Below, piece after piece: positions 27,362 through 36,022 of a stretch of DNA of 39,809 bases (position 1 is its first letter; each line of letters opens with the position of its first letter). Source of the stretch: a virus. Its lineage: Duplodnaviria; Caudoviricetes. The position numbers and the translations under genes were made by a program. The notes under the pieces were generated by a model, which was not told the origin of the DNA, searched no databases, and was given only the letters and a program-made list of their open reading frames with translations. The DNA is taken from positions 1-39,809 of IMG/VR virus record IMGVR_UViG_3300046001_008474. One strand, given 5' to 3'.

Positions 27362-28189
27362 TTATTTTGTGACTTCCAAATCCATCATATTCATTTCATA
27401 TGCTCTTGCTAATCGAGTTAAACCGATTCCACCACCGAATCTTTGAAAAAAAGTTAAAGATAAGAATTCTTCTAACTCTTTTTCAACTCTTTCTTTTCCA
27501 AAAAGTTCGAACAATTTATCACAGTATTTACCATTCTCAATGGTATAAAACATTTCTCTCATTTTTCCAACATCACAACTTCTTTCGGCACTTCCAATTG
27601 TTTCTTGACCAAAAAGAATAACGTCAATTTTGTTAAATACATTGTTAGTTCCATGTTTCATGTTCCAAAATGGATTTGTCCTCAACGGAAAATGTTCGAG
27701 TGAAATTACATCACCTATCTCGTGCCACATTTTTGTTTCATGTTCATTTTCTAAAATTTGAGTTTCATATTCCGCACACATACCTTCATAAGTTACGTAT
27801 TTTGGGGTTCCAAAACCTAAGAAAAGTAACAATTCTTTTTCTAATTTTTGTAATTCACTGATACCTCCTTTGGATTCAAATTCAAACATAGGGAAAATTA
27901 ATTCATGACGACCTGGTATTGGATTTTTTTCTTCCCTGTACGAAGTTGAAACACAAAACACGCCTGACCATTCAGGATTCTTTAATAATTCATATTCTAA
28001 CCACATTTGTCCTGTTTGTGGTAATGGCCAAATTTTACCACTATACTCAAATGTTTTAACAGAATGTGGATTTTCACATGCCGCCAAAATTGAGAGTCTT
28101 GATTGTGTTGGTACTTCGATGAATCCTTTCATCAAGAAAAAATACCTTAATTTTTGTACTAATTCATTGTAGATTTTTGTTTGTTTCAT
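27362..28189 (-). CDS. Class IIb aminoacyl-tRNA-synthetase-like catalytic domain (AsnRS2/EpmA-like, no anticodon domain)
   Basis: Motif 1 GFIEVP, motif 2 YREE...GRH..F.MFEFE, ETIGSAER, motif 3 GGGIGLTRL. Confidence 0.85.
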   Translation of the reverse strand: MKQTKIYNELVQKLRYFFLMKGFIEVPTQSRLSILAACENPHSVKTFEYSGKIWPLPQTGQMWLEYELLKNPEWSGVFCVSTSYREEKNPIPGRHELIFPMFEFESKGGISELQKLEKELLLFLGFGTPKYVTYEGMCAEYETQILENEHETKMWHEIGDVISLEHFPLRTNPFWNMKHGTNNVFNKIDVILFGQETIGSAERSCDVGKMREMFYTIENGKYCDKLFELFGKERVEKELEEFLSLTFFQRFGGGIGLTRLARAYEMNMMDLEVTK

Positions 28190-28218
28190 TTTTTTTTGTT
28201 TTTTTTTAGTTTATAGGC

Positions 28219-28242
28219 AAAAAAAATCCTCCCGAAGGAGGA
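28219..28242 (-). terminator. Leader terminator (attenuator-like) with UUCG loop
   Basis: - strand UCCUCC-UUCG-GGAGGA-U8, 29 nt before the aaRS-like start. Confidence 0.8.
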
Positions 28243-28247
28243 CTTAT

Positions 28248-28277
28248 TTACTTTATGTTTTTAAGTTTGAAATTCAT
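28248..28277 (-). CDS. Putative leader peptide MNFKLKNIK
   Basis: uORF between TATTTAT(-) 28287-28293 and the terminator. Confidence 0.5.
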   Translation of the reverse strand: MNFKLKNIK

Positions 28278-28350
28278 ATTTGAGAAATAAATATAACAAA
28301 GTTTAATAAAATAAAGACTTACTTACAAAAAAGTTTATATTTATTGTTAT

Positions 28351-29406
28351 ATGAAAATTATTCTCAAAGAAGACCAATTAAAAAAAATTTTAAATGAAGA
28401 TTTAGGTGTTTCTAGACCTGCAATTGCGTATACAAATTTAATATTTAGAAAAATTCAAGGTGTTGTTTTGGATTTTGTAAAAAACACGGAAAAAAAGAAT
28501 GATAAAAAAATTGAACATTTAGTAATTGGTCTTGATGACATAAAAACTATTTGGCAAAATGATATTGATGATTTTTTAGAATTACCTATTGAGGTTATAA
28601 ATTTAAAAATTGAATTATACAAATCATCAAATAAAAAAAAGGATTTGGTGTTTGGTTCAGGAGGGGGGGCATATCAAGTCGAGGAGAAAAAAACCGGAAG
28701 TTCTTATTTAAAAAGACCAAGTTTATTAATTCCTAAGTACATATTGGACAATCCAGAAGTTAATAAAACTTTAGTATCTAATATAGATTTTCAAGTTTAT
28801 ATTACCGAAAATTATAACGATAATTTTGAAAAAGAATTATTATTTGATGTTAGAGACACCATTTTTCATGAAATGAATCATGTTTTAGAATTTTACAAAC
28901 GAGGTCTTGAGGGGACATCTATCGACCCCCGTTTAACTTATTCGGGAGGTAAAAACTACAATATACCAAAAGAAATATTCCAAATATGGAATCGATTTTT
29001 AACATATTTGTACTACTCAGAACCTTTTGAAATAAATGCAATGAGTCAAGAAATGTATAGTAAAAGATTGAGGATGACATTCGAGGAATTACAACAAGAA
29101 AATTATTATAAAATATCAAAAGAAATGGAATCTTTTGATGCGGATTCATTTTTTGACATGTTGGTATCAAAAATTGAAGAAAGAAGTCCTGATAAAGTTA
29201 TTTATATTCTTGTAAATTTATACAAATGGTTTATGAGAGATTATTTATCAATATCTAAGTCTGAAGGTTTAGAACCAAATAAAAAAATTACATCATCAAA
29301 AGAAATATTGAGTTTGATGAAGAAATTAGAACCAAGAATTCGAAAATCCGGTGACAAACTTCTAAGAAATTTTAGAAGATTATACTCATTAAATCCTGAA
29401 GTTTAA
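28351..29406 (+). CDS. HEXXH metallopeptidase-like protein with MKIILKEDQLKKILNE leader
   Basis: IFHEMNH ... EINA; TATTTAT 28338. Confidence 0.75.
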   Translation: MKIILKEDQLKKILNEDLGVSRPAIAYTNLIFRKIQGVVLDFVKNTEKKNDKKIEHLVIGLDDIKTIWQNDIDDFLELPIEVINLKIELYKSSNKKKDLVFGSGGGAYQVEEKKTGSSYLKRPSLLIPKYILDNPEVNKTLVSNIDFQVYITENYNDNFEKELLFDVRDTIFHEMNHVLEFYKRGLEGTSIDPRLTYSGGKNYNIPKEIFQIWNRFLTYLYYSEPFEINAMSQEMYSKRLRMTFEELQQENYYKISKEMESFDADSFFDMLVSKIEERSPDKVIYILVNLYKWFMRDYLSISKSEGLEPNKKITSSKEILSLMKKLEPRIRKSGDKLLRNFRRLYSLNPEV

Positions 29407-29409
29407 AAT

Positions 29410-29436
29410 AAAAAACCCCTCTTTTGAGGGGTTTTT
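29410..29436. terminator. Bidirectional terminator
   Basis: AAAAAACCCCTC-TTTT-GAGGGGTTTTT. Confidence 0.85.
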
Positions 29437-29438
29437 AA

Positions 29439-29705
29439 TTAATCTTCATTTTTTGTCGCTTCACTTATTTGTTTTTTTGTCTGAGTGAATTTGTCTACAG
29501 AAGACAGACCCAAACATCCAAAAGCTAAAAGTGCCACAGCATCAACCAAATATTGAGCAGGCGCCACATCCGCGGTTGTGAATTGGTTGTGATACATAGT
29601 GACACATAAAGAAAGTGCACACATAATACCTACAAATCTTTTTGAAGATGGATTACCTTTTTCATCTTTGAATAATCCACTAATCCAAGAAATTGTTTTT
29701 TTCAT
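29439..29705 (-). CDS. Two-TM membrane protein, holin-like
   Basis: SSKRF + 2 TM + charged C-tail, 88 aa. Confidence 0.6.
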   Translation of the reverse strand: MKKTISWISGLFKDEKGNPSSKRFVGIMCALSLCVTMYHNQFTTADVAPAQYLVDAVALLAFGCLGLSSVDKFTQTKKQISEATKNED

Positions 29706-29728
29706 TTCTAATTTGTTTTTTTTTTGAT

Positions 29729-29863
29729 TTATCGGCCTTGGCCTCTGTATTTTTTAGGTCTTTCGGTTTTAGGTCCGTAACTTTTTTTAGACTTACCTGT
29801 TCGTTTAACACCAAATGTTACTTTTTGGGTTTTTGTGTCTTTAGATGTTTTTAGTTTTGCCAT
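29729..29863 (-). CDS. Small basic protein ending KKYRGQGR (44 aa, not in ORF track)
   Basis: MAKLKTSKDTKTQKVTFGVKRTGKSKKSYGPKTERPKKYRGQGR. Confidence 0.7.
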   Translation of the reverse strand: MAKLKTSKDTKTQKVTFGVKRTGKSKKSYGPKTERPKKYRGQGR

Positions 29864-29932
29864 TTATCTAATTTATTTTTAAATAAATATTTACTTTTTT
29901 CACTGAAGTATTATATTTTACAAATTTCGCAT

Positions 29933-30012
29933 AAAAAAAGGGGATAGTAGCGAACTTCCCCTTTTTGAGTTATCGTAACGATAACGGTCCTAAAAGTCCT
30001 CAGTTAAGAGGA
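29933..30012 (-). ncRNA. Candidate structured 3' UTR / ncRNA with three hairpins, including a terminator
   Basis: UCCUC/GAGGA, GUUAUCG/CGAUAAC and AAAAAGGGGA/UCCCCUUUUU stems. Confidence 0.4.
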
Positions 30013-30516
30013 TTATTTTTCTTTAATTAAATTCATACATCTTTTTAGATATTCTTTAGTTCTTGGAGTTGGGTCTTGATGTGCAAGTACTTTTTCAATG
30101 TCCCTAACTAATTCTTCACCATGTTCATTTTCTTTATAAAGTTCAATAACTTTATCCATGGCTTTTAAACATCCACCATTAGTTTCATCAAAATAATTTT
30201 TATTTCTGAATGTGTTCAGGTGATTCATAAGATTATATGCAATATTTTCACCACCATCTTTAATATTTGGATGTAAACGTAAAGTTTTTAGAACGTCTAA
30301 GGCATCAACCATTCCTGACACACCTCCATCTCTAACATACATGTCAGAAGTGTAACTTTTATAATCTTTTGCTTTTCCAACAATCTCATCTAATGGAATA
30401 ACATTGTTAGTTAAACATCTCTGTTTAACTTCCTTAGTTTCTCCACCTTCATTTTCTAATAAATGTCTTCTGATTGATTTTTTTATATCTTTTTCGTTTA
30501 TTACAATTTTTTTCAT
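30013..30516 (-). CDS. Hypothetical protein with MKKIVINEKDI...LLE leader
   Basis: ORF track; TATTTAT(-) 30534. Confidence 0.8.
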   Translation of the reverse strand: MKKIVINEKDIKKSIRRHLLENEGGETKEVKQRCLTNNVIPLDEIVGKAKDYKSYTSDMYVRDGGVSGMVDALDVLKTLRLHPNIKDGGENIAYNLMNHLNTFRNKNYFDETNGGCLKAMDKVIELYKENEHGEELVRDIEKVLAHQDPTPRTKEYLKRCMNLIKEK

Positions 30517-30570
30517 GATAATCTCTTTTTGTAATAAATATTTGATAATTGGTAATAATTCAAGAGTAAA

Positions 30571-30765
30571 TTATTCTTCTTTTTCGTTTTCATTTGGTAA
30601 CATAAATTGTAACCAAATATCAAAACACAAATAACAAATCCACCAAATTAAATCATTGATGGGATAATCAAATGGGAATCGTTTGGTCATATAAAGGAGG
30701 TATATAACTTTAACGAATACACCAATTCTAAGAACTATTAATAGTATTGAAATTAATCCTTTCAT
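30571..30765 (-). CDS. Small membrane protein
   Basis: Two hydrophobic segments; ATGA overlap with the kinase gene. Confidence 0.6.
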   Translation of the reverse strand: MKGLISILLIVLRIGVFVKVIYLLYMTKRFPFDYPINDLIWWICYLCFDIWLQFMLPNENEKEE

Positions 30766-31214
30766 AATTTTACCTCAAATCTTTCTTTCATAATTTGTAA
30801 TTTATCATCAGGAACTCCATGAAGGTTTTTACCACCATGACGATTTTCAACAATAACACAAAAAACCATATAACCATAATTTTTTGCCAATTCAAAATAA
30901 GGTTTCATTTCCCATTCTTGGGTGAATGTATTTGAAACGGCAATTTCTCTATAGAATTGGTCATTTATCAAACTATCTTTCATGTAAGTTTCAACCAAGT
31001 CCTGACAATACTTGTGAGCATCCTTCAGTTTGGTAACATCGAAGTTATAATCACCCGTTTCTTTATCGATAAAATACTTATCTGCCTCACATACCAAGAA
31101 GTCATCACCGACTAATTTCTCGGCAAATGTTGATTTACCACTTCCTGGTCAAGGAAGCCCTCTAACAAGGTATAAAACCTTGTCAAAGGGCTTCGAATTT
31201 TCAAATTTTTTCAT
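30762..31214 (-). CDS. P-loop (AAA_33 / polynucleotide-kinase-like) protein with in-frame TGA in Walker A; probably recoded, otherwise a pseudogene
   Basis: MKKFENSKPFDKVLYLVRGLP*PGSGKSTFAE in frame with ORF 30762-31097; AH..CQ, VSNTF, HGVP motifs intact. Confidence 0.8.
31154..31194 (-). promoter_or_regulatory. 18-bp mRNA hairpin abutting the CCU-UGA-CCA site
   Basis: GAAGCCCUUUGACAAGGU-UUUAU-ACCUUGUUAGAGGGCUUC: 16 WC + 2 GU pairs on the coding strand. Confidence 0.8.
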
Positions 31215-31279
31215 AATTAATTATATTTATATATAATCAGGGGTTTACCTGAATTATCAAACAAATATAAATAAAAAAA

Positions 31280-32185
31280 ATGAATGTAGAAACAAAATTA
31301 GAAAGGAAATGTCCAACTTGTGAAAGGATTATAAAGTATTCTAACAAATATAATTTAAATGCTGCACAAAATAATAATAGGGATTGTAAAAGTTGTAGTA
31401 CTAAAAAAAATAGACCCGAAGGTTATAAAGAAAAATTATCAGAAAGGTTTAAAGGTAAAAATAATCCTATGTGGGGTAAAACAGGGAGTTTAAATCCTTT
31501 TTATGGAAAAAAACATACTGAGGAAACTAAACGTAAAATTATTGAAAATAGAAATTATTCATCATATAAGACTGAAAAATTTAGAAAAAAAATTTCAGAT
31601 TTGACCAAAGGAAAAAAAAATCCGATGTACGGAAAAACGGTATATGATGTTTGGTTCAAAAAATATGGAAAAAAAATTGCCGATGAAAAAATGGAAGAAT
31701 TAAAATTAAAACAATCATTTTTAAATTTTGGGGAAAAAAATAAGATGTTTGGTAGACCTTCACCTAAAAATTCAGGTAATGGAATCTGTGGGTGGTATAA
31801 AAATTGGTTTTTCAGAAGTTTACTTGAGTTAAGTTATATGATTAATGTTATTGAAAGATTTAATTTAGTTTGGGAAACGGGTGAAAAAGAAAAGTATAAA
31901 ATAGAATATGAATTCAATGGTGTTAATAGGAATTATTTCCCCGATTTTATAATTGAAAACAAATACATTGTTGAATTGAAACCGAAAAAATTACAAAAAA
32001 CACTTTTAAATCAAAGTAAATTTCTTTACGCTGAAAAATTTTGTTTAGAAAACGGATATAAATTCAAAGTTACAAATATTAAAAATATTAATAAAAAGGA
32101 ATTATTACTATTGATTGATAATGGATTAGTTAATCTTACTAACAAATGGAAACATAAAATTAAACCGAATAATGATATTTATTAA
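31280..32185 (+). mobile_element. Free-standing homing endonuclease: Zn ribbon + NUMOD3 repeats + TnsA-like PD-(D/E)XK nuclease
   Basis: CPTC/CKSC; NPMWGK, NPFYGKKHTEETKRKI, NPMYGK; FRS.LE...YFPDF...VELKP. Confidence 0.85.
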
Positions 32186-32195
32186 TAAAAACAAA

Positions 32196-32762
32196 ATGGA
32201 ATTAGTTAAGAATGTAAGAATTTCAGAAAACTTAAGATATCACTTAGAAAATAATATTACTTTAAATGAAAACATATTTAGAATTTATTCTGAAAAGTAT
32301 TTTGATTTGATTAATGAAGTTAGAGAATTATATGATGAAGACTTAATCAGATTAAATGATGATGATGAGTGGATAGTTGAATCAGACTTAGGTAAGAAAG
32401 TACTTTTGGAAAATGGTGAAGAAGTATGGTTAGACGCCCCAATATATGAGGAAGATTTATGGGAAATCATAAGTGAAGCCAAACATCGTGGTAAGAATGT
32501 TAAATTAAATAGTCCATTTAGAACACCTGGTGGACCTAAAAAGTTTGCAGTTTACGTTAAAACACCTAAAGGAACAATAAAAAAAGTAACTTTTGGCGAC
32601 CCTAATTTAAGAGTTAGAAATGCTAATAAAGGGGCGGCAAAATCATTCAGGGCTCGTCATAAATGCGACCAAAAAAAGGATAGAACAACTGCAGGATATT
32701 GGAGTTGCTCAGTTGGTAGATACGCCAAAAAATTAGGTTTAAAAAGTTCGAAAACATGGTAA
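32196..32762 (+). CDS. Conserved phage protein (basic C-terminal FRARH.C...YWSC domain)
   Basis: KKFAVYVK, VTFGD, SFRARHKC, AGYWSC; acidic N-part ends IISE; start ATG32196 after TATTTAT. Confidence 0.8.
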   Translation: MELVKNVRISENLRYHLENNITLNENIFRIYSEKYFDLINEVRELYDEDLIRLNDDDEWIVESDLGKKVLLENGEEVWLDAPIYEEDLWEIISEAKHRGKNVKLNSPFRTPGGPKKFAVYVKTPKGTIKKVTFGDPNLRVRNANKGAAKSFRARHKCDQKKDRTTAGYWSCSVGRYAKKLGLKSSKTW

Positions 32763-33344
32763 ATGAAAAAACAATCGTTAATTAATTTTTTAAACAAATA
32801 CTTTGAACAAGTTGGTAACCGAAATATCATCGATGAATATTCTATTGACCATGATATTAAAATAACTGTTCATGATATAACAAAAAACAATCTTGGAAGG
32901 ATAAAATTCTACATTGATAGTGACCCGCAAGAATTGGAACATTCGATAGAAGATGATGATTTTAATCCTGTGTCCTTTCCACAAGCGGTTTATGAAGAAT
33001 TTAAAACCGCTTTAGATTTATGTGGGATTAATCTTAGTGGAAATTATTTTCTCTTTAATAAAAGAAGTATTGATAGAGATTTACCTTATGTTCAAGATGA
33101 AATCTCTGAAACAATCAAAATAAGAACTTTTTTGGAGACTGTGGAGGATTCAGAACTAAAATGGCACACCGATAATGAAGATAGACTGATAAAACCAACA
33201 CATAAAACAAATTGGATGGTTCAGTTAGATAATGAATTACCACAAAAACTAAGTGAAAATCATGAAATTTTAATACCTAAAGGTGTTTATCATAGATTGA
33301 TTAAGGGAGTTGGTGATTTAAAAATTAAAGTAAAATTTGTATAA
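32763..33344 (+). CDS. Protein with C-terminal cupin-like domain
   Basis: WH.D.EDR ... IPKGVYHRLIKG. Confidence 0.7.
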   Translation: MKKQSLINFLNKYFEQVGNRNIIDEYSIDHDIKITVHDITKNNLGRIKFYIDSDPQELEHSIEDDDFNPVSFPQAVYEEFKTALDLCGINLSGNYFLFNKRSIDRDLPYVQDEISETIKIRTFLETVEDSELKWHTDNEDRLIKPTHKTNWMVQLDNELPQKLSENHEILIPKGVYHRLIKGVGDLKIKVKFV

Positions 33345-33763
33345 TGTTATCTCAAAAACATATAGATAGAATTAATAAACTAATTTCAGACAAAACTTTT
33401 AATTACAATGGAGGTTTACTTTATGACGTTGAAAAAAACGGTGACGTTGATTTTAAATTTCAAATAAAGGGTTATAAAAAAATGATTTCTGTGGGAGAAT
33501 GGACTGACTATATTGTGGTAGATATTTTGATTACAGGGTTGAATAACGATATAAGCAAATTAATTTTTGGATTTGTCCAAACAAAATTAGATGAATATAA
33601 TTGGAAAGAACATTTCAAAAAAAATTTATACTATTTTGAAAATAGTATTAAAAATTATATTTCAAATGTCTTATCCTATTTTGAGGGTTCTCGTCCAGCA
33701 ATTACAATAGGGGAAATAAAATTTAGTGATAATATTGAACCTTTAAATTTATCTAAGAATTAA
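33344..33763 (+). CDS. Hypothetical protein
   Basis: ORF track. Confidence 0.75.
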   Translation: MLSQKHIDRINKLISDKTFNYNGGLLYDVEKNGDVDFKFQIKGYKKMISVGEWTDYIVVDILITGLNNDISKLIFGFVQTKLDEYNWKEHFKKNLYYFENSIKNYISNVLSYFEGSRPAITIGEIKFSDNIEPLNLSKN

Positions 33764-34376
33764 ATCTTTTGATAATTTTATTAATTAACTCTTTAACTAA
33801 AATACCTGAAACTGTTAATACCCCGAAAGACACTAAACGTTTAGCGATTTCTGAAATTTGTTCACCATCTAAATTAGAACTTGTTGCCATGTCATATAAC
33901 ATTGGTATAATTGGGATAATAAAAGTATAACTCATTATGTTTGTTACTTTATGAAGAGTTATATTTAAAGATTCTATGAAATCAAAAAATGCGTTTTTAA
34001 GTTCTTGACTTTTTTTGAATACTCTTAAAAAAACATCAGATAAACCTTTTTCTTTAATTTTATTTAAGATTTTTTTTACATACTCTTTATTGTCAACATA
34101 GTAACTTGCAATTATTCCTGTTAATAATAAACTGATTTCAATATCAGACATTTCTGATTCTGTATTTTTGATAAAATCATTTAAAGGGCCTACCATACCA
34201 CCAATACTCGCTCCCCATGTTATGGCAAATTGTATGTTAATACCAATTTGTTCTGCGGATTTTTCTAAGATTTCTTTTGTGAAATTATACCCACGTTCTA
34301 TGATAGAGTTGAACTCTTCACTAATTGATTCTGTAATGATAAATTTTTTTTGATGTTCAGTTACTGCAATTTTCAT
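33753..34376 (-). CDS. Hydrophobic protein with doubled leader MKIAVTEHQKKFIITES
   Basis: Start ATG34376 after TATTTAT(-) 34382; several hydrophobic helices. Confidence 0.75.
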   Translation of the reverse strand: MKIAVTEHQKKFIITESISEEFNSIIERGYNFTKEILEKSAEQIGINIQFAITWGASIGGMVGPLNDFIKNTESEMSDIEISLLLTGIIASYYVDNKEYVKKILNKIKEKGLSDVFLRVFKKSQELKNAFFDFIESLNITLHKVTNIMSYTFIIPIIPMLYDMATSSNLDGEQISEIAKRLVSFGVLTVSGILVKELINKIIKRFNS

Positions 34377-34421
34377 ACAATATAAATACTTCAATATATT
34401 TATTATATATTATAAAATTCA

Positions 34422-35045
34422 ATGAGTAGTAAAAGAATAAATCCTGAATTAAATGTTGGAGACAAAGTTGTGTTACTTCACATGGAAGATAAATACACTA
34501 ACATGATGCCAGGTACAAAAGGTGTTGTTACTCGTGTTGAAAAAGTTTTTGGTGTTAAACAATACGGTGTTAAATGGGAAGACGGTAGTAAACTAAGTTT
34601 GTTATCAGATGTTGATGCTTGGAAATTAGATGATGGTGGTAAAAAATTAAATAAAGAAAGTTTTGTTGTTAGTAAAAAAACTATTATAGAAAACAATCAA
34701 GAGCTATTCAACCAACACGAAATATTCATGAATTTCAATATGAAGTTTTTACACAATTATCTAAAAATGATTAGAGATTCATCGATTGTTAACATGTTTG
34801 GTGCAGGACCATATCTCTATATGGGTAGAGAAAGAATTGAAAATGAATTCGAATATAGAGATATTCCATCTGAAGATGAATTTGAAAAAGTTTTAGACCA
34901 TGCAGATGAGGCACAACAAGTAATGATTGCAGGTGTTATCAAAACTTTAAAAAAACAAAATAAAGAGGTCAATCTTGAAAATATTAATAGAGGGTTACAA
35001 AGATATGCCCCAAAAATAGTTAGTGTTTATACGGCATTATTCTAA
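34422..35045 (+). CDS. Two-domain protein: SH3-like (DUF4314-like) + IRDS..NMF domain
   Basis: GDKV.L..M.D...PGTKGVV...VKWEDGS.L.L; family names recalled, not searched. Confidence 0.7.
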   Translation: MSSKRINPELNVGDKVVLLHMEDKYTNMMPGTKGVVTRVEKVFGVKQYGVKWEDGSKLSLLSDVDAWKLDDGGKKLNKESFVVSKKTIIENNQELFNQHEIFMNFNMKFLHNYLKMIRDSSIVNMFGAGPYLYMGRERIENEFEYRDIPSEDEFEKVLDHADEAQQVMIAGVIKTLKKQNKEVNLENINRGLQRYAPKIVSVYTALF

Positions 35046-35327
35046 GATATATTTCCAACCGTTTTTTACTTTCTCAGGTTTTAATTCTAACTCCATAAAA
35101 ATTGCGTTTTGTTCACCTGCGTGAAGTCCTAACACATTAAAGTCAAAATATTCTTCAGCCTCACCTTCTGTCATAAGATGTTTTTCACAAAGTATTTGAA
35201 TAATTTTATGTCTTGAATACACAATTCTTCTTCCATTACCAAATTCTTGAGCAATACCTATAATTGCTTCTTCAAACCCATCCAAAAGAATTGCACCTTC
35301 TGCGTAACTATCTAAATCTACTGTCAT
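35037..35327 (-). CDS. Conserved phage hypothetical protein
   Basis: DGFEEAIIG...VY...EAEEYFDFN..G..GE motif; start ATG35327. Confidence 0.8.
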   Translation of the reverse strand: MTVDLDSYAEGAILLDGFEEAIIGIAQEFGNGRRIVYSRHKIIQILCEKHLMTEGEAEEYFDFNVLGLHAGEQNAIFMELELKPEKVKNGWKYILE

Positions 35328-35388
35328 ATATAAATCATATAGAAAATAATAGTCATTATCAACATATTTATTATTAAAACAAATCAAT

Positions 35389-35976
35389 ATGAACGCATAT
35401 TTTACAAAAATGACCAAAGAAGAAAAAGAAAATATTCTTGACCAACATAAAAAAATATATGATGGTTATGTAACCCAATATGGTCAAAATGTACCACAAC
35501 CTTTATATGTTCAGGATTTTGCAAATGATAAGGGTGGAATCACAATTAATAATAAAGGAGAAGTTACTCAATACAAAAACATGAATATCAATGAAATGAG
35601 ATTCGATGGTAAATCGACTGGTTTATTTGATGAAGATGTTATGTCAGGAGCTAAATTTGAACCTGAAGTTAATATTGAATCTGAAGAAATGGATGAACAA
35701 CTTGATATGATTGGTGATGGTGGTGATGATTTGGAACACGGAACTTTTGGAAAAGAAGAAGAATCTGAAATGTGTTCTCATTGTGGTGGTTTAGGTCATG
35801 ATGACATGACAGGTGAAGAATGTGAGTGGTGTGACGGTACAGGTGAAGAAGGATTTATATCAAAAGACGATGAAGATTTTATTATGTATTCAGATATTGA
35901 TGAAGAAAAAAAGGAACCATTGAAAGAAAGTGTAAATAAAACATTAGATATGTTTAAAAGATTTAAAAAGTTTTAA
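35389..35976 (+). CDS. Acidic protein with DnaJ-type CxxCxGxG zinc finger
   Basis: CSHCGGLG and CEWCDGTG; TATTTAT 35365. Confidence 0.8.
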   Translation: MNAYFTKMTKEEKENILDQHKKIYDGYVTQYGQNVPQPLYVQDFANDKGGITINNKGEVTQYKNMNINEMRFDGKSTGLFDEDVMSGAKFEPEVNIESEEMDEQLDMIGDGGDDLEHGTFGKEEESEMCSHCGGLGHDDMTGEECEWCDGTGEEGFISKDDEDFIMYSDIDEEKKEPLKESVNKTLDMFKRFKKF

Positions 35977-36022
35977 ACTTTTCTATAATTGCAAGATACT
36001 TGTTATAATAAAAAATTATAAA

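Noticed and set aside
27362-28189. Canonical asnS/lysS/aspS tRNA ligase
   Set aside because: No anticodon-binding domain and too short, so no gene symbol was assigned
29933-30012. Hammerhead ribozyme or tRNA
   Set aside because: CUGAGGA is present but no properly placed GAAA/NUH core; no cloverleaf or TTCGA arm
31149-31151. Selenocysteine insertion at the TGA
   Set aside because: The hairpin is upstream rather than a downstream SECIS, the position is not a Cys site, and insertion would break the Walker A spacing
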